Part shown: piece by piece, positions 50,313-60,659 of the stretch
Layout: every line of letters starts with the position of its first letter
Position numbering within the stretch: position 1 is the first letter of the stretch
Assembly: GCA_025782575.1 (NCBI GenBank)
Contig: JALGYY010000009.1
Span: 99,512 to 163,511, forward strand
DNA length: 64,000 nt
Direction: 5' to 3'
DNA from: a bacterium
GTDB lineage: Bacteria > Orphanbacterota > Orphanbacteria > Orphanbacterales > Orphanbacteraceae
The notes under the pieces: model-generated
The model's database searches: none
What the model was told of the DNA's origin: nothing
What the model saw: the letters and a program-made list of their open reading frames with translations, nothing else
Translations under genes and position numbers: made by a program

Positions 50313-50966
50313 CTAGGAAGCGACGGCGGACTTCAGCATATCCATGAACGGCTCACGAATGTCGAGAATGACCTTTTCGGGCCCCACACCTTTGAAGAAC
50401 CAGGGACCGCCGGGACCTTCGATGATTCCCCCCAGAAGCCGCCAGTCGGACTCGTTATAACTTCGTGCGCCGCCGGGCATGGAGCTTACATAACGGCCTT
50501 TCACCTCGATTGTGTGGATCTTCAGTTGACCGGCCTCAAACGAATCGCGATCGGCCTGATCCCACGAATCCGAGCCGTCTGCCATCTGGAACTGGCCCGC
50601 CCAGCGTCGCAGGTTGGCCTCGATTCCACCCCCTCCGCCAGTGCCGAAGTGGAACAGAATGACTTCCCCTTCCTCATTACCGGGCAGGCCGTATTCGGCG
50701 ATCCGCATGCGGGATGACGGGGTCTTGGACGTCCAGCCGTCGGGAAGCGCGTAGGCGAGACCCACGTGAGACTCCATTCCTTCCGGGACGGGTGTCGCTA
50801 CCGGCGCCGTCTTCTTGGCCGTCGGATGATCTGAAGCTGGTGGAGTATCCGTCTTCGATTGATCCCCGGTGCTCTCCTCTTTGCTGCCGCAACCGGCAGT
50901 CAATAAGGCGATGGCAAAGCAGCCGACTACAAGAAAGGACAGGGGGAATCTCTTGGTATGTTTCAT
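50313..50966 (-). CDS. Hypothetical lipoprotein
   Basis: Start MKHTKRFPLSFLVVGCFAIALLTAGCGS (lipobox). The ORF-track upstream extension overlaps the neighbouring M20 gene. No family recognised. Confidence 0.55.
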   Translation of the reverse strand: MKHTKRFPLSFLVVGCFAIALLTAGCGSKEESTGDQSKTDTPPASDHPTAKKTAPVATPVPEGMESHVGLAYALPDGWTSKTPSSRMRIAEYGLPGNEEGEVILFHFGTGGGGGIEANLRRWAGQFQMADGSDSWDQADRDSFEAGQLKIHTIEVKGRYVSSMPGGARSYNESDWRLLGGIIEGPGGPWFFKGVGPEKVILDIREPFMDMLKSAVAS

Positions 50967-50991
50967 TTCGGTCTCCTCTATTCGAAAGGGC

Positions 50992-52161
50992 TTACGCGTA
51001 TTGGACCAGATATCTACGAGCGATTTCCGCGAGCAATTGTACACCGAGAGGGAGGGCGGCTTCATCCAAATCGAATCGTGGCGAGTGGTGGGGATGAACG
51101 TGGCCCTGCCGTTCGTTCCGGGCGCCGACGAAGAAAAAACAACCCGGCACGTGAACAAGGTACTCTCCAAAGTCTTCTGCCGCCATATTCCTGAATTCAA
51201 CGACATTCTCCGCCCCTACGGCCTCAGTCGCCACCTCGCGGACAAGGGCGGTCATCTCGGGATCGTTAATCAGAGGCCGGGCGCTCCGATCGAAAGTCGC
51301 CTTGGCGTTGCAGCCGAACGCGGCGGCTGTCTGCTCGGCAATGCGGGAGACCTGCTCGGGTAACTCGTCCCACACCTCCTCGCTGAAGCTTCTCGCCGTA
51401 CCTTTCAGCATGACCTCGCCCGGAATCACGTTGAACGCGTCACCTCCGTGAATACTGCCGACGGTGATCACGACGGAATCGAGAGGGTCCACGAGGCGCG
51501 CCGCGATCTGCTGAAGAGCGGTCACGATATGGGCCGCCGCCAGTACCGGGTCTCTCCCTTCCTGCGGTCTCGCGCCGTGACATCCCTTGCCTGTAACAAG
51601 AATTTCGAATTCGTCAGCCGCCGCCATGAATGGCCCGGGAGCGACGCCGATTTTGCCGGTATCGAGCACGCTCCAGAGATGCAGCCCGAACGCGGCATCG
51701 ACAACCGGATCCCGGAGTACACCCTCGGCGATCATCTTCTTCGCACCGTCCGCAATCTCTTCCGCCGGCTGAAAGAGAAAGAGGATCGAGCCTTTTTCAG
51801 GGGGCTCGAGGCGTTTCAGAACACGGGCCGTGGTGAGCGCGATCGCCGTATGTCCGTCATGACCGCAGGCGTGCATCTTCCCGTCCACAGTACTCCTGTA
51901 GGGAACATCGTTCAGTTCATGCACGGGAAGAGCATCCATGTCCGCTCTTAGAAGGACTCTCTTGCCCGGCTTCCTGCCGTCGAGCAGAGCAGTTACTCCC
52001 GTCCCGCCGATTCCGGTTCGGGGGGTGAGTCCGATCGAGCGGAGTCGGTCGGCCACCAGGCCGGAAGTGCGCACCTCTTCGAACGCGATCTCCGGATGTC
52101 GGTGAAGATCCCGCCTGGTCGCTATCAGTTCTTCCTGTTCGTCGTCACTCAGTCGGATCAT
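50992..52161 (-). CDS. M20 family amidohydrolase (M20D, hippurate hydrolase / N-acyl-amino-acid amidohydrolase-like)
   Basis: LHRHPEIAFEE...HACGHDGHTA... metal-binding motifs of the M20D subfamily. Start placed at MIRLSDDEQ. Confidence 0.8.
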   Translation of the reverse strand: MIRLSDDEQEELIATRRDLHRHPEIAFEEVRTSGLVADRLRSIGLTPRTGIGGTGVTALLDGRKPGKRVLLRADMDALPVHELNDVPYRSTVDGKMHACGHDGHTAIALTTARVLKRLEPPEKGSILFLFQPAEEIADGAKKMIAEGVLRDPVVDAAFGLHLWSVLDTGKIGVAPGPFMAAADEFEILVTGKGCHGARPQEGRDPVLAAAHIVTALQQIAARLVDPLDSVVITVGSIHGGDAFNVIPGEVMLKGTARSFSEEVWDELPEQVSRIAEQTAAAFGCNAKATFDRSARPLINDPEMTALVREVATEAVGAENVVEFRNMAAEDFGEYLVHVPGCFFFVGARNERQGHVHPHHSPRFDLDEAALPLGVQLLAEIARRYLVQYA

Positions 52162-52183
52162 GTCAAGATCGCTTTCCCGGGTC

Positions 52184-52846
52184 TCAGATGATCGTTGGAT
52201 GAACCTCGGACGCCCCGGCGTATTGCTCGAGAAGCCGCGAAAAAAGTCCATTCGCTTCTTGCATTTCTGTTTCTGTAACTGTCGTACGGGATCCATAAAT
52301 TACTGCCAGAACAGCAGCCGTTGTCTCGTCGGTTTTGGAGAGCATGGAATCTTTTACCGGATTGGCAAGCGCCTCTCCCGAGACCCGGGCGAGGCAGACG
52401 AGACCGGTCAGGTCGATCTCCTGGCCGGAGGGATTGAAGACGTACGATTCCTTTTCTCCACCCAGCCGGATGGTCAGCCCGTCCGTTTCCATGAGTGCGC
52501 GGTCGAGATCGACAATCGAAATAGGGAGGCCGGTTTCAAGTGAGACCAAATTATTGATTTCCACAATGTTGTTGATAATCGGGAATCCCCCCTTGGCGGC
52601 ACATGCGGCCAGGTATTCGTTGGCCGGTTTATTCCTGCCGCTCGGTTTGAAGCCGCCGACCCGGAGCATGTCGCGGATCGCTTTTCGGAATTCCGGTGAG
52701 AGGGGATCTGTGCGCCGGCGATCGATCGATCGGTTCAGCTCGTCCAGAAGGCCCTGGGGAGACGGGCCCACTTGAATCCCGTTCGCTTCGATGATGCCGG
52801 CGAAGAAATCGGTGTTATCGATATGGCGCTGGACTACGGTATTCAC
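52184..52846 (-). CDS. B3/4 domain protein (PheT-like tRNA-binding B3/4 fold)
   Basis: 220 aa; layout and the conserved central region (PINNIVEINNLVSLETGLPI) resemble stand-alone B3/4 domain proteins. Assignment from memory. Confidence 0.45.
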   Translation of the reverse strand: MNTVVQRHIDNTDFFAGIIEANGIQVGPSPQGLLDELNRSIDRRRTDPLSPEFRKAIRDMLRVGGFKPSGRNKPANEYLAACAAKGGFPIINNIVEINNLVSLETGLPISIVDLDRALMETDGLTIRLGGEKESYVFNPSGQEIDLTGLVCLARVSGEALANPVKDSMLSKTDETTAAVLAVIYGSRTTVTETEMQEANGLFSRLLEQYAGASEVHPTII

Positions 52847-52859
52847 AGACTCTCCGTCG

Positions 52860-53858
52860 CTACCGTGTCTGCTCGAGGATCTGTTCGATCAGAGCGGTTC
52901 CCTCATCATCGTTTGGAATGATTTCGGGTTTCTGCAGACGCCGGAGCGTTTCCCGCCATGTAGAATCAACGGCAAACAGTTCGGCGAAGATGGGAATCGA
53001 CTCTTTCGCGCCGCCGCTGGTCGCCAGCGTTACCGCATGCCAGAACATCACCTCCGGGTTTCCCGGAATCAGGCGGGTCGCTTCTTTATAATGATCGCGG
53101 GCCTTTTTGAAGTCCCCGGTCTCGAGCGCCAAATCTCCCCGATTCATCTCTTCGTAACCTCTGTGAATGGTGAGAAGTCGACGGAGTTCGACGATCGGTG
53201 TGGGATGATCCTCGATCCGGAGTTCGAGTACGCGATCGACCCACGGCTTCCCCGTATTCCGGGGGGCCACGATCAGCATGGCGGCGGATTGTTTGCCACG
53301 AATGTCGCCCCCTTCACGCTGGGCGGCTTCGAGAGCGGCCATCATTCTTTCAGCCAGATCCCCGTCGGATTCTTCAAATGCCGCGGCCATTGCCGGAACG
53401 ATCCGGTCATTGGCCATCAGATTGGCCTGCACGCTATATCCGTCGCCCGTAATGTGGCTGGCTGATTCGATACACTTTGCCCCGGTGTGGGCGGCGACAT
53501 TCCCATTGTTATCGATGAAGGCGACCTGGCGAACGGCTGCCCCTTCGTCCGCTGTGAGAAGCGCATGGAGAGCCTCGCCTGCATCGAGGCCGGAACGCAT
53601 AAGATCGAGGCCCCGCGGGCCATAGGCTGGATTGGCCAGGGATTGTGTGGCGACGGCGCCTACACCCGGCTCGGCCCAGGTGACGACGGATCCGACGCTG
53701 AACCAGTGGGATTGAACGGCCACACCGAGGAGGCCGGTCTCCGGATCCCGCGAGACGATCGAGTAGGTGTGGATCGGCCTGATGGAGTGCTGCGGAGGAG
53801 CGCCGGCGCGAGCCGGGATCGCACTCAGAAGGATCGCCGTCAATATGAGGTAGCGCAT
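52860..53858 (-). CDS. DUF1028 family protein (Ntn-hydrolase-like) with C-terminal helical repeats
   Basis: Signal peptide then TYSIVSRDPETGLLGVAVQSHWFSVGS, characteristic of DUF1028. TPR-like C-terminus. Confidence 0.65.
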   Translation of the reverse strand: MRYLILTAILLSAIPARAGAPPQHSIRPIHTYSIVSRDPETGLLGVAVQSHWFSVGSVVTWAEPGVGAVATQSLANPAYGPRGLDLMRSGLDAGEALHALLTADEGAAVRQVAFIDNNGNVAAHTGAKCIESASHITGDGYSVQANLMANDRIVPAMAAAFEESDGDLAERMMAALEAAQREGGDIRGKQSAAMLIVAPRNTGKPWVDRVLELRIEDHPTPIVELRRLLTIHRGYEEMNRGDLALETGDFKKARDHYKEATRLIPGNPEVMFWHAVTLATSGGAKESIPIFAELFAVDSTWRETLRRLQKPEIIPNDDEGTALIEQILEQTR

Positions 53859-53988
53859 AATGGACTCCGGAAGTGGATCGCCGAGGGTTCCGAAGCCCCG
53901 ATCTTAGACCCCGCGCGGGGCGGGATCAAGAAAAGCTCGAGCGGGCGGCCAGGCGGGCCACCCGCTCGAATGGATCAGTTTTTCCACG

Positions 53989-56900
53989 TCACCGAATGAG
54001 CATCATCTTCTTCGTTGCGGCGAATCCGCTCGCCTGCATGCGCACGAAGTAAAGTCCTGATGCGACACTCCGCCCCTGGCTGTCGTGCCCCTGCCAGTTC
54101 ACATCCAGGTATCCGGCATCTCGTTCGTCATCGATGAGAGTTTTGACAAGGCGGCCGGCCAGATCGTAGATCGAAATATTGATATGTGACCGTTCGGGTA
54201 GACCGAATCGGATCGATGTGGTCGGGTTGAACGGGTTCGGCACGTTGCCGTAAAGCAGGAACGCAGCGGGAACCGCCTCTGCTTCATCCACTCCGGTCGG
54301 GTCGCCCGACTCCAGGAACTGATAGAAAGCATCAGCCACAAAGCCGGTCAGTTCCTGCACAGTTCCGCTCGGCCACGAAATCCGGATCGAATCAACCACT
54401 GTCGCCGATCCGAGCCCGAATTCGGCTGTAAGCGAGTTCTGCGACCCATAGCCTGAGCCGCCGGTGATTTCACGGATCTGGGCGAGGCCGCCTGCAACGA
54501 TACGAACCCGGGCGCCGATAGCCGAACGGTTGGACGGCGATCCCACCAGATTGACGTGAACCCAGTGATTGCCTGTTACGGCCTCGTTACGGAAGAGCCT
54601 TTTCGTAGCCGCGCTCGTCGCGATGTAGAGATCGAGATCGCCGTCGCTGTCGATGTCCGCCCAGGCCGCGCCGAGTCCGTTTCCTGCGTTAACGAGCGAG
54701 TCATCGGTCGCATCAGAAAAGAGACCGCCTCCTTCATTTCGGAAGAGTTTGTTCGATCCCGACTGATTGAGATAGAGATCGAGGTCCCCGTCATTGTCGT
54801 AGTCGGCCCAGGCGATTCCCCGGCCGCCCCCAATATCGGCGAGTAGGAGGGGAGTCACGTCGGCGAACACTCCGCCGCCGTCATTCCGGAACAACTTATT
54901 GGCGGCGCTCTCGTTCGAAACGTAGAGATCGAGATCGCCATCGTTATCGTAGTCAGCCCAAGCGACGCCATATGCCGAGCCGGCGTCTCCGAGAGGACCA
55001 GCCGTTATGTCGGTGAACGTTCCGCCGCCTTGATTCTCCAGCAGTTGATTGGGGCTGAACGCGTTCCCCACGTAGAGATCGAGATCACCGTCGTTATCGT
55101 GGTCGCCCCACGCACCTGAGAAGGAGAAACCAAGGCTGCTGAGCGGCCCGCTCGTGATGTCTGTGAATCCGCCGGCGCCGTCATTGTCGAGCAGTTTGTT
55201 GAACGATCCCGCGTTCGTAATATAGAGATCGAGATCACCGTCGTTGTCATGGTCCCCCCAGGCGCCCGAAAAACCGAAGCCGGCGTCGTTAAGGACCGCA
55301 GAGACTATATCAGCGAATACTCCTCCCCCGTCATTCCGGAAGAGTTTGTTCGCGGTCCCCGAGTTGACGAGATAGAGATCGAGGTCGCCGTCATTGTCGT
55401 AGTCACCCCACGCGCTCTGTACGCCATCGCCGGCATCGTTGAGAGGCGGCGCCGATACATCCGCGAATGTCGCCCCGTCGTCATTCCGAAACAGCTTGTT
55501 GGCCCCGAACGAGAGGCTGACGTAGAGGTCCTCGTCGCCATCGCCGTCATAGTCGCCCCAGGAAACGCCCTGAACGGTTCCCGCGTGAATGAGTCCGCTG
55601 GCGGTCACATCCGCCCAGTCAGGCACAGGCTCCGTGATCGTGAGCGCCGTATCGACAGTGATCGCGGTCAGGAGCGACAGTTGCCCCGAAGGCCAGAAGA
55701 CCTGGAGCGTGTCGATCAGAGTCGACGCCCCGAGCCCGAAGTCGGCCGGGAGGGAGTTCTGGGAGAGGTAACCGGAACCGCCGGAAATGTCTCGAATCTG
55801 TGCGATCCCGCCGGCCACGGCTCTCACACGCGCGCCGATTCCTGCTTTGTTCGAGATGACTCCGGCCGTCTTCACGCGAAGCCAGTGATTCCCCGAAGTC
55901 TGGTCGTTTCGGAAGAGTTTGTTGGCACCGAGATTGGCGACGAATAGATCGAGATCACCGTCACCGTCGCTGTCGCCCCAGATCACGCTCTGGCTGTTAC
56001 CGGCGTCACTCGTTTCGAAGTTTGCCGCGTCAACAAAAATCCCGCCGTCATTGCGGAAAAGGCGGTTAAAGTATTTGCCGGCCACGTAGAGATCGAGGTC
56101 ACCATCCAGATCGTAATCGCCCCATGCCGCTCCGTAGCTTTCACCATCCACGTCGACCGGCGACGCTGATACTTCGGTGAATGATCCTCCGCTGTTCCGG
56201 AAGAGCTGGTTCGGCCCGATGTTGGTGACGTAGGCGTCGAGGTCGCCGTCATTGTCGTAATCACCCCATGCGACGCCTCTCCCCGTGCCGTTGTCCGAAG
56301 CACCAAGCCCGCCTCCGAGTTCCGTGAAGGTGCCGTTCGAATTGTTGCGGAATATCTTGTTGCTCCCCTCGTTCACCAGATAAATGTCCTGGTCACCGTC
56401 GTTGTCGTAGTCGACCCATACGGTCGCCCAACTGGGGCCACTGTTGGCGACCGTGCCCGGTGTGATATCGATCAGCGTTCCCGAGTCGTTTCTGAGGAGA
56501 CGATTCGACTCGTTGTAATTCGTGATGTAGAGGTCGACATCGCCGTCGTTGTCGTAGTCGCCGAATGCGGCCGCGCGGCCGGCGCCCGGATGACCCGCAC
56601 CGCCGGAGGTCCCGTCGATAAATGTGCCTCCCCCTTGATTTTCAAAGAGTTTATTGGCTCCGTCATTGGCGAGGTAGAGGTCGAGATCGCCGTCGTTGTC
56701 TACATCGGCCCACGCCGTCCCGTAACTGATCGAAGCGTCGTCCAGGGGGGCGGCCGTAACATCGGAATAGCCGGCCGGACTGTTTTGGAGCAGCTGATTC
56801 GCTCCATCGCTGTTCGTGATATAGAGATCGGCATCGCCGTCTCCGTCGAAATCGGCCCAGGCGGCTCCCCGTGCCATACCCGTATGACCGACCGCCGCAC

Positions 56901-59900
56901 TTGTGGCGTCGTGAATCAATGTGGACGGCGCGAACGGGGGAGCGATATCGAAGAACGCATCACTCTGATCGATCACAGCGCCTGCGGAATTGAAAAGCGT
57001 CACACGCACGAGTGCTTCCCGGCTTGGAAGGTTGGGGACGACCCAGGCCAGGCTTCCTCCACCGCCGCCGGCGAGGCTGTCGGCGAGCAATGTCCACGTC
57101 ATTCCGCTGTCACCGCTCGACTCCACCGTATGGGCGACAGCCGAGCCTCCGCCGTTGGTCCATGTGATATTCACATTGCTGCCGATCTCGAGTGATTCGC
57201 CTCCGTTCGGCGATGTCACCGCCGTGATCGGGGCGGCTGTGATCGCGAAAGTCGCATCGCTCGTATCCCGGTCACTTCCCGCTGCGTTGGAGAGGAGGAC
57301 GCGAACCCGGCCCTGGGTGGTCTCATCGTTCGGTACCGTCCAGTCAAATCCGCCCAGCTGCCCGCTTGATCCGGAGGCGACCGGATTCCACGAAGAGCCG
57401 TTGTCGGTGGAATACTCGAGTGTGTAGTCAGAACCCACAGCGGATGTGCTCGTCCAGGTGATTTCTCTTACCGTTCCGACTCCCCAGTCTTCACCGCCGT
57501 CAGGAGAGAGGATGAGGGCGACCGGCGCAATGAACGACTCCGTAATCGTTACGAGTGTGTCCGCCGCGAGCGCGGTTACGATCTGATCGATTCCTGATGG
57601 CCAGCTCACGATCAGCGTGTCCACGGTCGTCGTCTGGCCGATCCCGATCTCCGCTCGAAGCGAGCCCTGGCTTCGGCCGTTGCCAGCCGTTATCTCACGG
57701 ATAAAGGATTTGCCCCCGGCCACGGCTCGAATGCGGGCGCCCACACCATGGGAGTTCGACACCGTTCCCGCCAGATCGACCTGGATATAGTGATCGCACT
57801 CCGCAGAGAGAGGGGTTGTCCGAAGCAGCACATTGCCACTCCCGTCATTGCCGAGATAGAGATCCATGAGGCCGTCACCGTCATAATCGGCCCAGGCCGC
57901 CGCGGCATGGTCGTTTCCGGCGTCCGTCTGGAGAGTGTCGGTCAGTTCGTGAAATTTCGCTTTGTAGTTGAAGAAAAACAGATTATCGTCAGGCGAGGCA
58001 TTCCCCACGAAGAGGTCGATGTGGCCGTCGTTGTTATAGTCCGCCCATGAAACGGTAACCGCGTCGGATGCATCTCCGAGCAATCCGCCCGTTACATCCG
58101 CGAACGTCCCCCCGCCGTCATTCCGGAAGAGTTTGTTCGCGCCGTTGTTCCCTACATAAAGATCGAGGTCGCCGTCGTTGTCGATATCCGCCCAGGCGGC
58201 CGACCGGCTCACTACGGACGCTTCCCCGATCGAAGCGGGGGTAACGTCGGTGAACGATCCGGCACCGTTGTTTTCGAAGAGCTTATTTCCCGCCGCGACA
58301 GAACGGGCGAGGTAGAGATCCATGTCGCCGTCGTCGTCGAAATCACCCCAGGCGATGCCGGCGCCGTCAGTTGTGGTGGCGAACGCACCGCTCGCGACAT
58401 CGGTGAACGATCCGGTCCCGTCATTCTCGAACAGGCTGCTTCCCGAAGAGGTCACGATATGGAGATCGAGATCGCCGTCATTGTCCTTGTCGAGCCATTC
58501 CACGGCCACGCCGTCACCGGCGTTGCCGATCCCGGCCGGTGTGATGTCGGCGAACACGCCGCCGCCGTCGTTCCGGAGAAGAAGATTGGCCGAGCCTGTA
58601 TTTGTGATTACGAGATCGAGATCACCATCGTCGTCGAAATCTCCCCAGGCGGCTCCTGATCCGGCACCCGCGTTCCCGAGATCACCGGAAGTCACATCGA
58701 CGAACGTTCCGGCCTGATTCTCGAGGAGTGCGTTGGCGCCGTTATTCAGCAGGAAGAGATCGGCATCGCCGTCGCCGTCGTAGTCGCCCCAGGCGACACC
58801 CGTCGCGCTGCCCGCATCAGCAAGCGGACCGCTGGTCGAATCGGCGATCCCGGTAATACCGAATGCGTTTCGAATATTCAGGAAACCATAGCCGTATTTC
58901 GGATCGAACCCCGCAACGCCGCGGTCACGGGCGGAGCATTGGAGTCGCGCTTCCACTTCGGCGGCAGAGAGAGTCGGGTCGAGCGAGAAAAGTAGAGCCG
59001 CCACGCCGGCGGAGTAGGGCGAAGAAAAGCTCGTTCCACTCACGGACGCATAGTCTCCCGGTGCGACGCCGGCGGATCCGACACGGTCCGTCGTATAGAC
59101 GGAGACACCAGGTGCGGCAAAGGCGAGGCTGTCACCCCAGCTGCTGAACGAAGCCAGATTTCCGTCCCGGCCGACGGCCGAAATCGAGTTCACCTTGCTA
59201 TGGGAAGAGGGGTATCCGAGAACGGCGACAGCATTGTTTCCCGCGCTTGCGAAACTGACGATGCCGTTCGCATAGGCATTGTCGTATGCATCGTCGATCG
59301 TGCTGTTCGGGCTTCCGAGCGACCAGCTCAGATTTGTCACTTTTGCGCCCTGCTGCCGGGCCCAGTTGAGTGCGTTGGCCACCCAGATTGACTGGCATTG
59401 CCCGGTTCCGTCACAAGGGACCGTGGATACACAGATCCGACCTCCGGCGACTCGGCAGCCCGGGGCGATTCCGACCGTACCGAGGGAGTTGTTGATCGTC
59501 GCCGACACGCAGCCCGCTACGGTCGTTCCATGTGTGTCACACATGTTGAAAGGGTTGCCGCCTCCTCCTTCACCCGTAAAGTCCTCTCCGGCGATCTGAT
59601 GGAGGTCGGGATGAACCTGATCGACGCCGTCGTCGAATACGGCGACGATGATAGTGGAGTCTCCCGTGGTGAGATCCCACGCCCGGACACCACCCATATC
59701 CATGCCCGGCGTACCGCCGGACTGACCTGTGTTATGGATGCCCCACACCAGATTGAATCCAGTGTCGTTCGGAATGAGCGATCTCCTCGATTCCATCTGG
59801 AAGTCCGGTTCGGCCCAGGAAATACGGGAGTCCGCGGCGAGCCGGTTCGCAAGTGCGAGTACATCGAAACCGTTCTGTGAGGCAATGCTGGAACGAAGCC

Positions 59901-60432
59901 GATAAGCTCCGTCCAGTCCGGCAAAATCGGTTTCCAGAATCTGGATGGTGGGTTCGAGTTCGAACAGGATCTCTTCGGCGCGATATCGAGAAGCGGGATC
60001 GAACCTTACGAGAATTTCGGGGGTCACGGCGAGCCATCCGAAGAAGTGGCCGCGAAAGACCGGAGAGACGAACTCGAACTGGTCCGATGCGACGAGGATA
60101 TTGATCATCCGGTCTGCATCACTTGCATCTACAGCTTCTGATTCCAGAAAGAGAAACTGGGAACTGGGCATAGGAGCGCTCTTCATTGACATGGCGGGGA
60201 TACCCGCAATATTCAGACTACCGAGCAGGCGCTTCCGGCCGACTTCTTCCGTAATCGCTTCTTTCGGCGTCACGGCGAATCGGGAGCCGTCTAGCTCGAG
60301 CTGCAGTGCTTCCCCTTTGTAGTAATAGAATGTTGGCGGTGATTCCGCGTGAACCAGGGCCGGTCCGGACGGGAGTGCTGAAAGAGTAATAGAGAATGCG
60401 AGCGTGCAGACAATCGAGCGCAATCGGATCAT
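53989..60432 (-). CDS. Giant secreted multidomain protein: subtilisin-like S8 peptidase + about 25-30 FG-GAP/VCBS beta-propeller repeats + three UnbV/ASPIC domains + T9SS C-terminal sorting domain
   Basis: Start MIRLRSIVCTLAFSITLSALPSGPALVHA (signal peptide) preceded by CAGGAGG. S8 catalytic triad motifs (DDGVDQVHPDL; HGTTVAGC; GTSFSSPY). Repeats of the form WGDYDNDGDLDLY..N.G.NKLFRN. UnbV_ASPIC blocks such as HWLRVKTAGVISNKAGIGARVRAVAGG..IRDISGGSGY. C-terminal Por_Secre_tail-like 90 aa (NVPNPFNPTTSIRFGL...IYDLAGRLVKTL...GLYFVRMQASGF...KMMLIR). Confidence 0.85.
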   Translation of the reverse strand: MIRLRSIVCTLAFSITLSALPSGPALVHAESPPTFYYYKGEALQLELDGSRFAVTPKEAITEEVGRKRLLGSLNIAGIPAMSMKSAPMPSSQFLFLESEAVDASDADRMINILVASDQFEFVSPVFRGHFFGWLAVTPEILVRFDPASRYRAEEILFELEPTIQILETDFAGLDGAYRLRSSIASQNGFDVLALANRLAADSRISWAEPDFQMESRRSLIPNDTGFNLVWGIHNTGQSGGTPGMDMGGVRAWDLTTGDSTIIVAVFDDGVDQVHPDLHQIAGEDFTGEGGGGNPFNMCDTHGTTVAGCVSATINNSLGTVGIAPGCRVAGGRICVSTVPCDGTGQCQSIWVANALNWARQQGAKVTNLSWSLGSPNSTIDDAYDNAYANGIVSFASAGNNAVAVLGYPSSHSKVNSISAVGRDGNLASFSSWGDSLAFAAPGVSVYTTDRVGSAGVAPGDYASVSGTSFSSPYSAGVAALLFSLDPTLSAAEVEARLQCSARDRGVAGFDPKYGYGFLNIRNAFGITGIADSTSGPLADAGSATGVAWGDYDGDGDADLFLLNNGANALLENQAGTFVDVTSGDLGNAGAGSGAAWGDFDDDGDLDLVITNTGSANLLLRNDGGGVFADITPAGIGNAGDGVAVEWLDKDNDGDLDLHIVTSSGSSLFENDGTGSFTDVASGAFATTTDGAGIAWGDFDDDGDMDLYLARSVAAGNKLFENNGAGSFTDVTPASIGEASVVSRSAAWADIDNDGDLDLYVGNNGANKLFRNDGGGTFADVTGGLLGDASDAVTVSWADYNNDGHIDLFVGNASPDDNLFFFNYKAKFHELTDTLQTDAGNDHAAAAWADYDGDGLMDLYLGNDGSGNVLLRTTPLSAECDHYIQVDLAGTVSNSHGVGARIRAVAGGKSFIREITAGNGRSQGSLRAEIGIGQTTTVDTLIVSWPSGIDQIVTALAADTLVTITESFIAPVALILSPDGGEDWGVGTVREITWTSTSAVGSDYTLEYSTDNGSSWNPVASGSSGQLGGFDWTVPNDETTQGRVRVLLSNAAGSDRDTSDATFAITAAPITAVTSPNGGESLEIGSNVNITWTNGGGSAVAHTVESSGDSGMTWTLLADSLAGGGGGSLAWVVPNLPSREALVRVTLFNSAGAVIDQSDAFFDIAPPFAPSTLIHDATSAAVGHTGMARGAAWADFDGDGDADLYITNSDGANQLLQNSPAGYSDVTAAPLDDASISYGTAWADVDNDGDLDLYLANDGANKLFENQGGGTFIDGTSGGAGHPGAGRAAAFGDYDNDGDVDLYITNYNESNRLLRNDSGTLIDITPGTVANSGPSWATVWVDYDNDGDQDIYLVNEGSNKIFRNNSNGTFTELGGGLGASDNGTGRGVAWGDYDNDGDLDAYVTNIGPNQLFRNSGGSFTEVSASPVDVDGESYGAAWGDYDLDGDLDLYVAGKYFNRLFRNDGGIFVDAANFETSDAGNSQSVIWGDSDGDGDLDLFVANLGANKLFRNDQTSGNHWLRVKTAGVISNKAGIGARVRAVAGGIAQIRDISGGSGYLSQNSLPADFGLGASTLIDTLQVFWPSGQLSLLTAITVDTALTITEPVPDWADVTASGLIHAGTVQGVSWGDYDGDGDEDLYVSLSFGANKLFRNDDGATFADVSAPPLNDAGDGVQSAWGDYDNDGDLDLYLVNSGTANKLFRNDGGGVFADIVSAVLNDAGFGFSGAWGDHDNDGDLDLYITNAGSFNKLLDNDGAGGFTDITSGPLSSLGFSFSGAWGDHDNDGDLDLYVGNAFSPNQLLENQGGGTFTDITAGPLGDAGSAYGVAWADYDNDGDLDLYVSNESAANKLFRNDGGGVFADVTPLLLADIGGGRGIAWADYDNDGDLDLYLNQSGSNKLFRNEGGGLFSDATDDSLVNAGNGLGAAWADIDSDGDLDLYIATSAATKRLFRNEAVTGNHWVHVNLVGSPSNRSAIGARVRIVAGGLAQIREITGGSGYGSQNSLTAEFGLGSATVVDSIRISWPSGTVQELTGFVADAFYQFLESGDPTGVDEAEAVPAAFLLYGNVPNPFNPTTSIRFGLPERSHINISIYDLAGRLVKTLIDDERDAGYLDVNWQGHDSQGRSVASGLYFVRMQASGFAATKKMMLIR

Positions 60433-60659
60433 CGAGAGCCTCCTGATAGAAATACGACACAGCCGGAGCTGATCCGGCCTATCCGGTTCAAACTTGTTGA
60501 GAGGGGAACAAGGGAGATCCAAGTCGTTAACTTGATGAGAATTATAACATTCCAACCCGGCCGGAATCAAGTCGGATCGTCAGAGGGGTACTCGCGGTGG
60601 CCAGAATAGCGAGCTTGGAACAAAATTCGACATTTTCCACTATCTGACGAGGGGATCCG

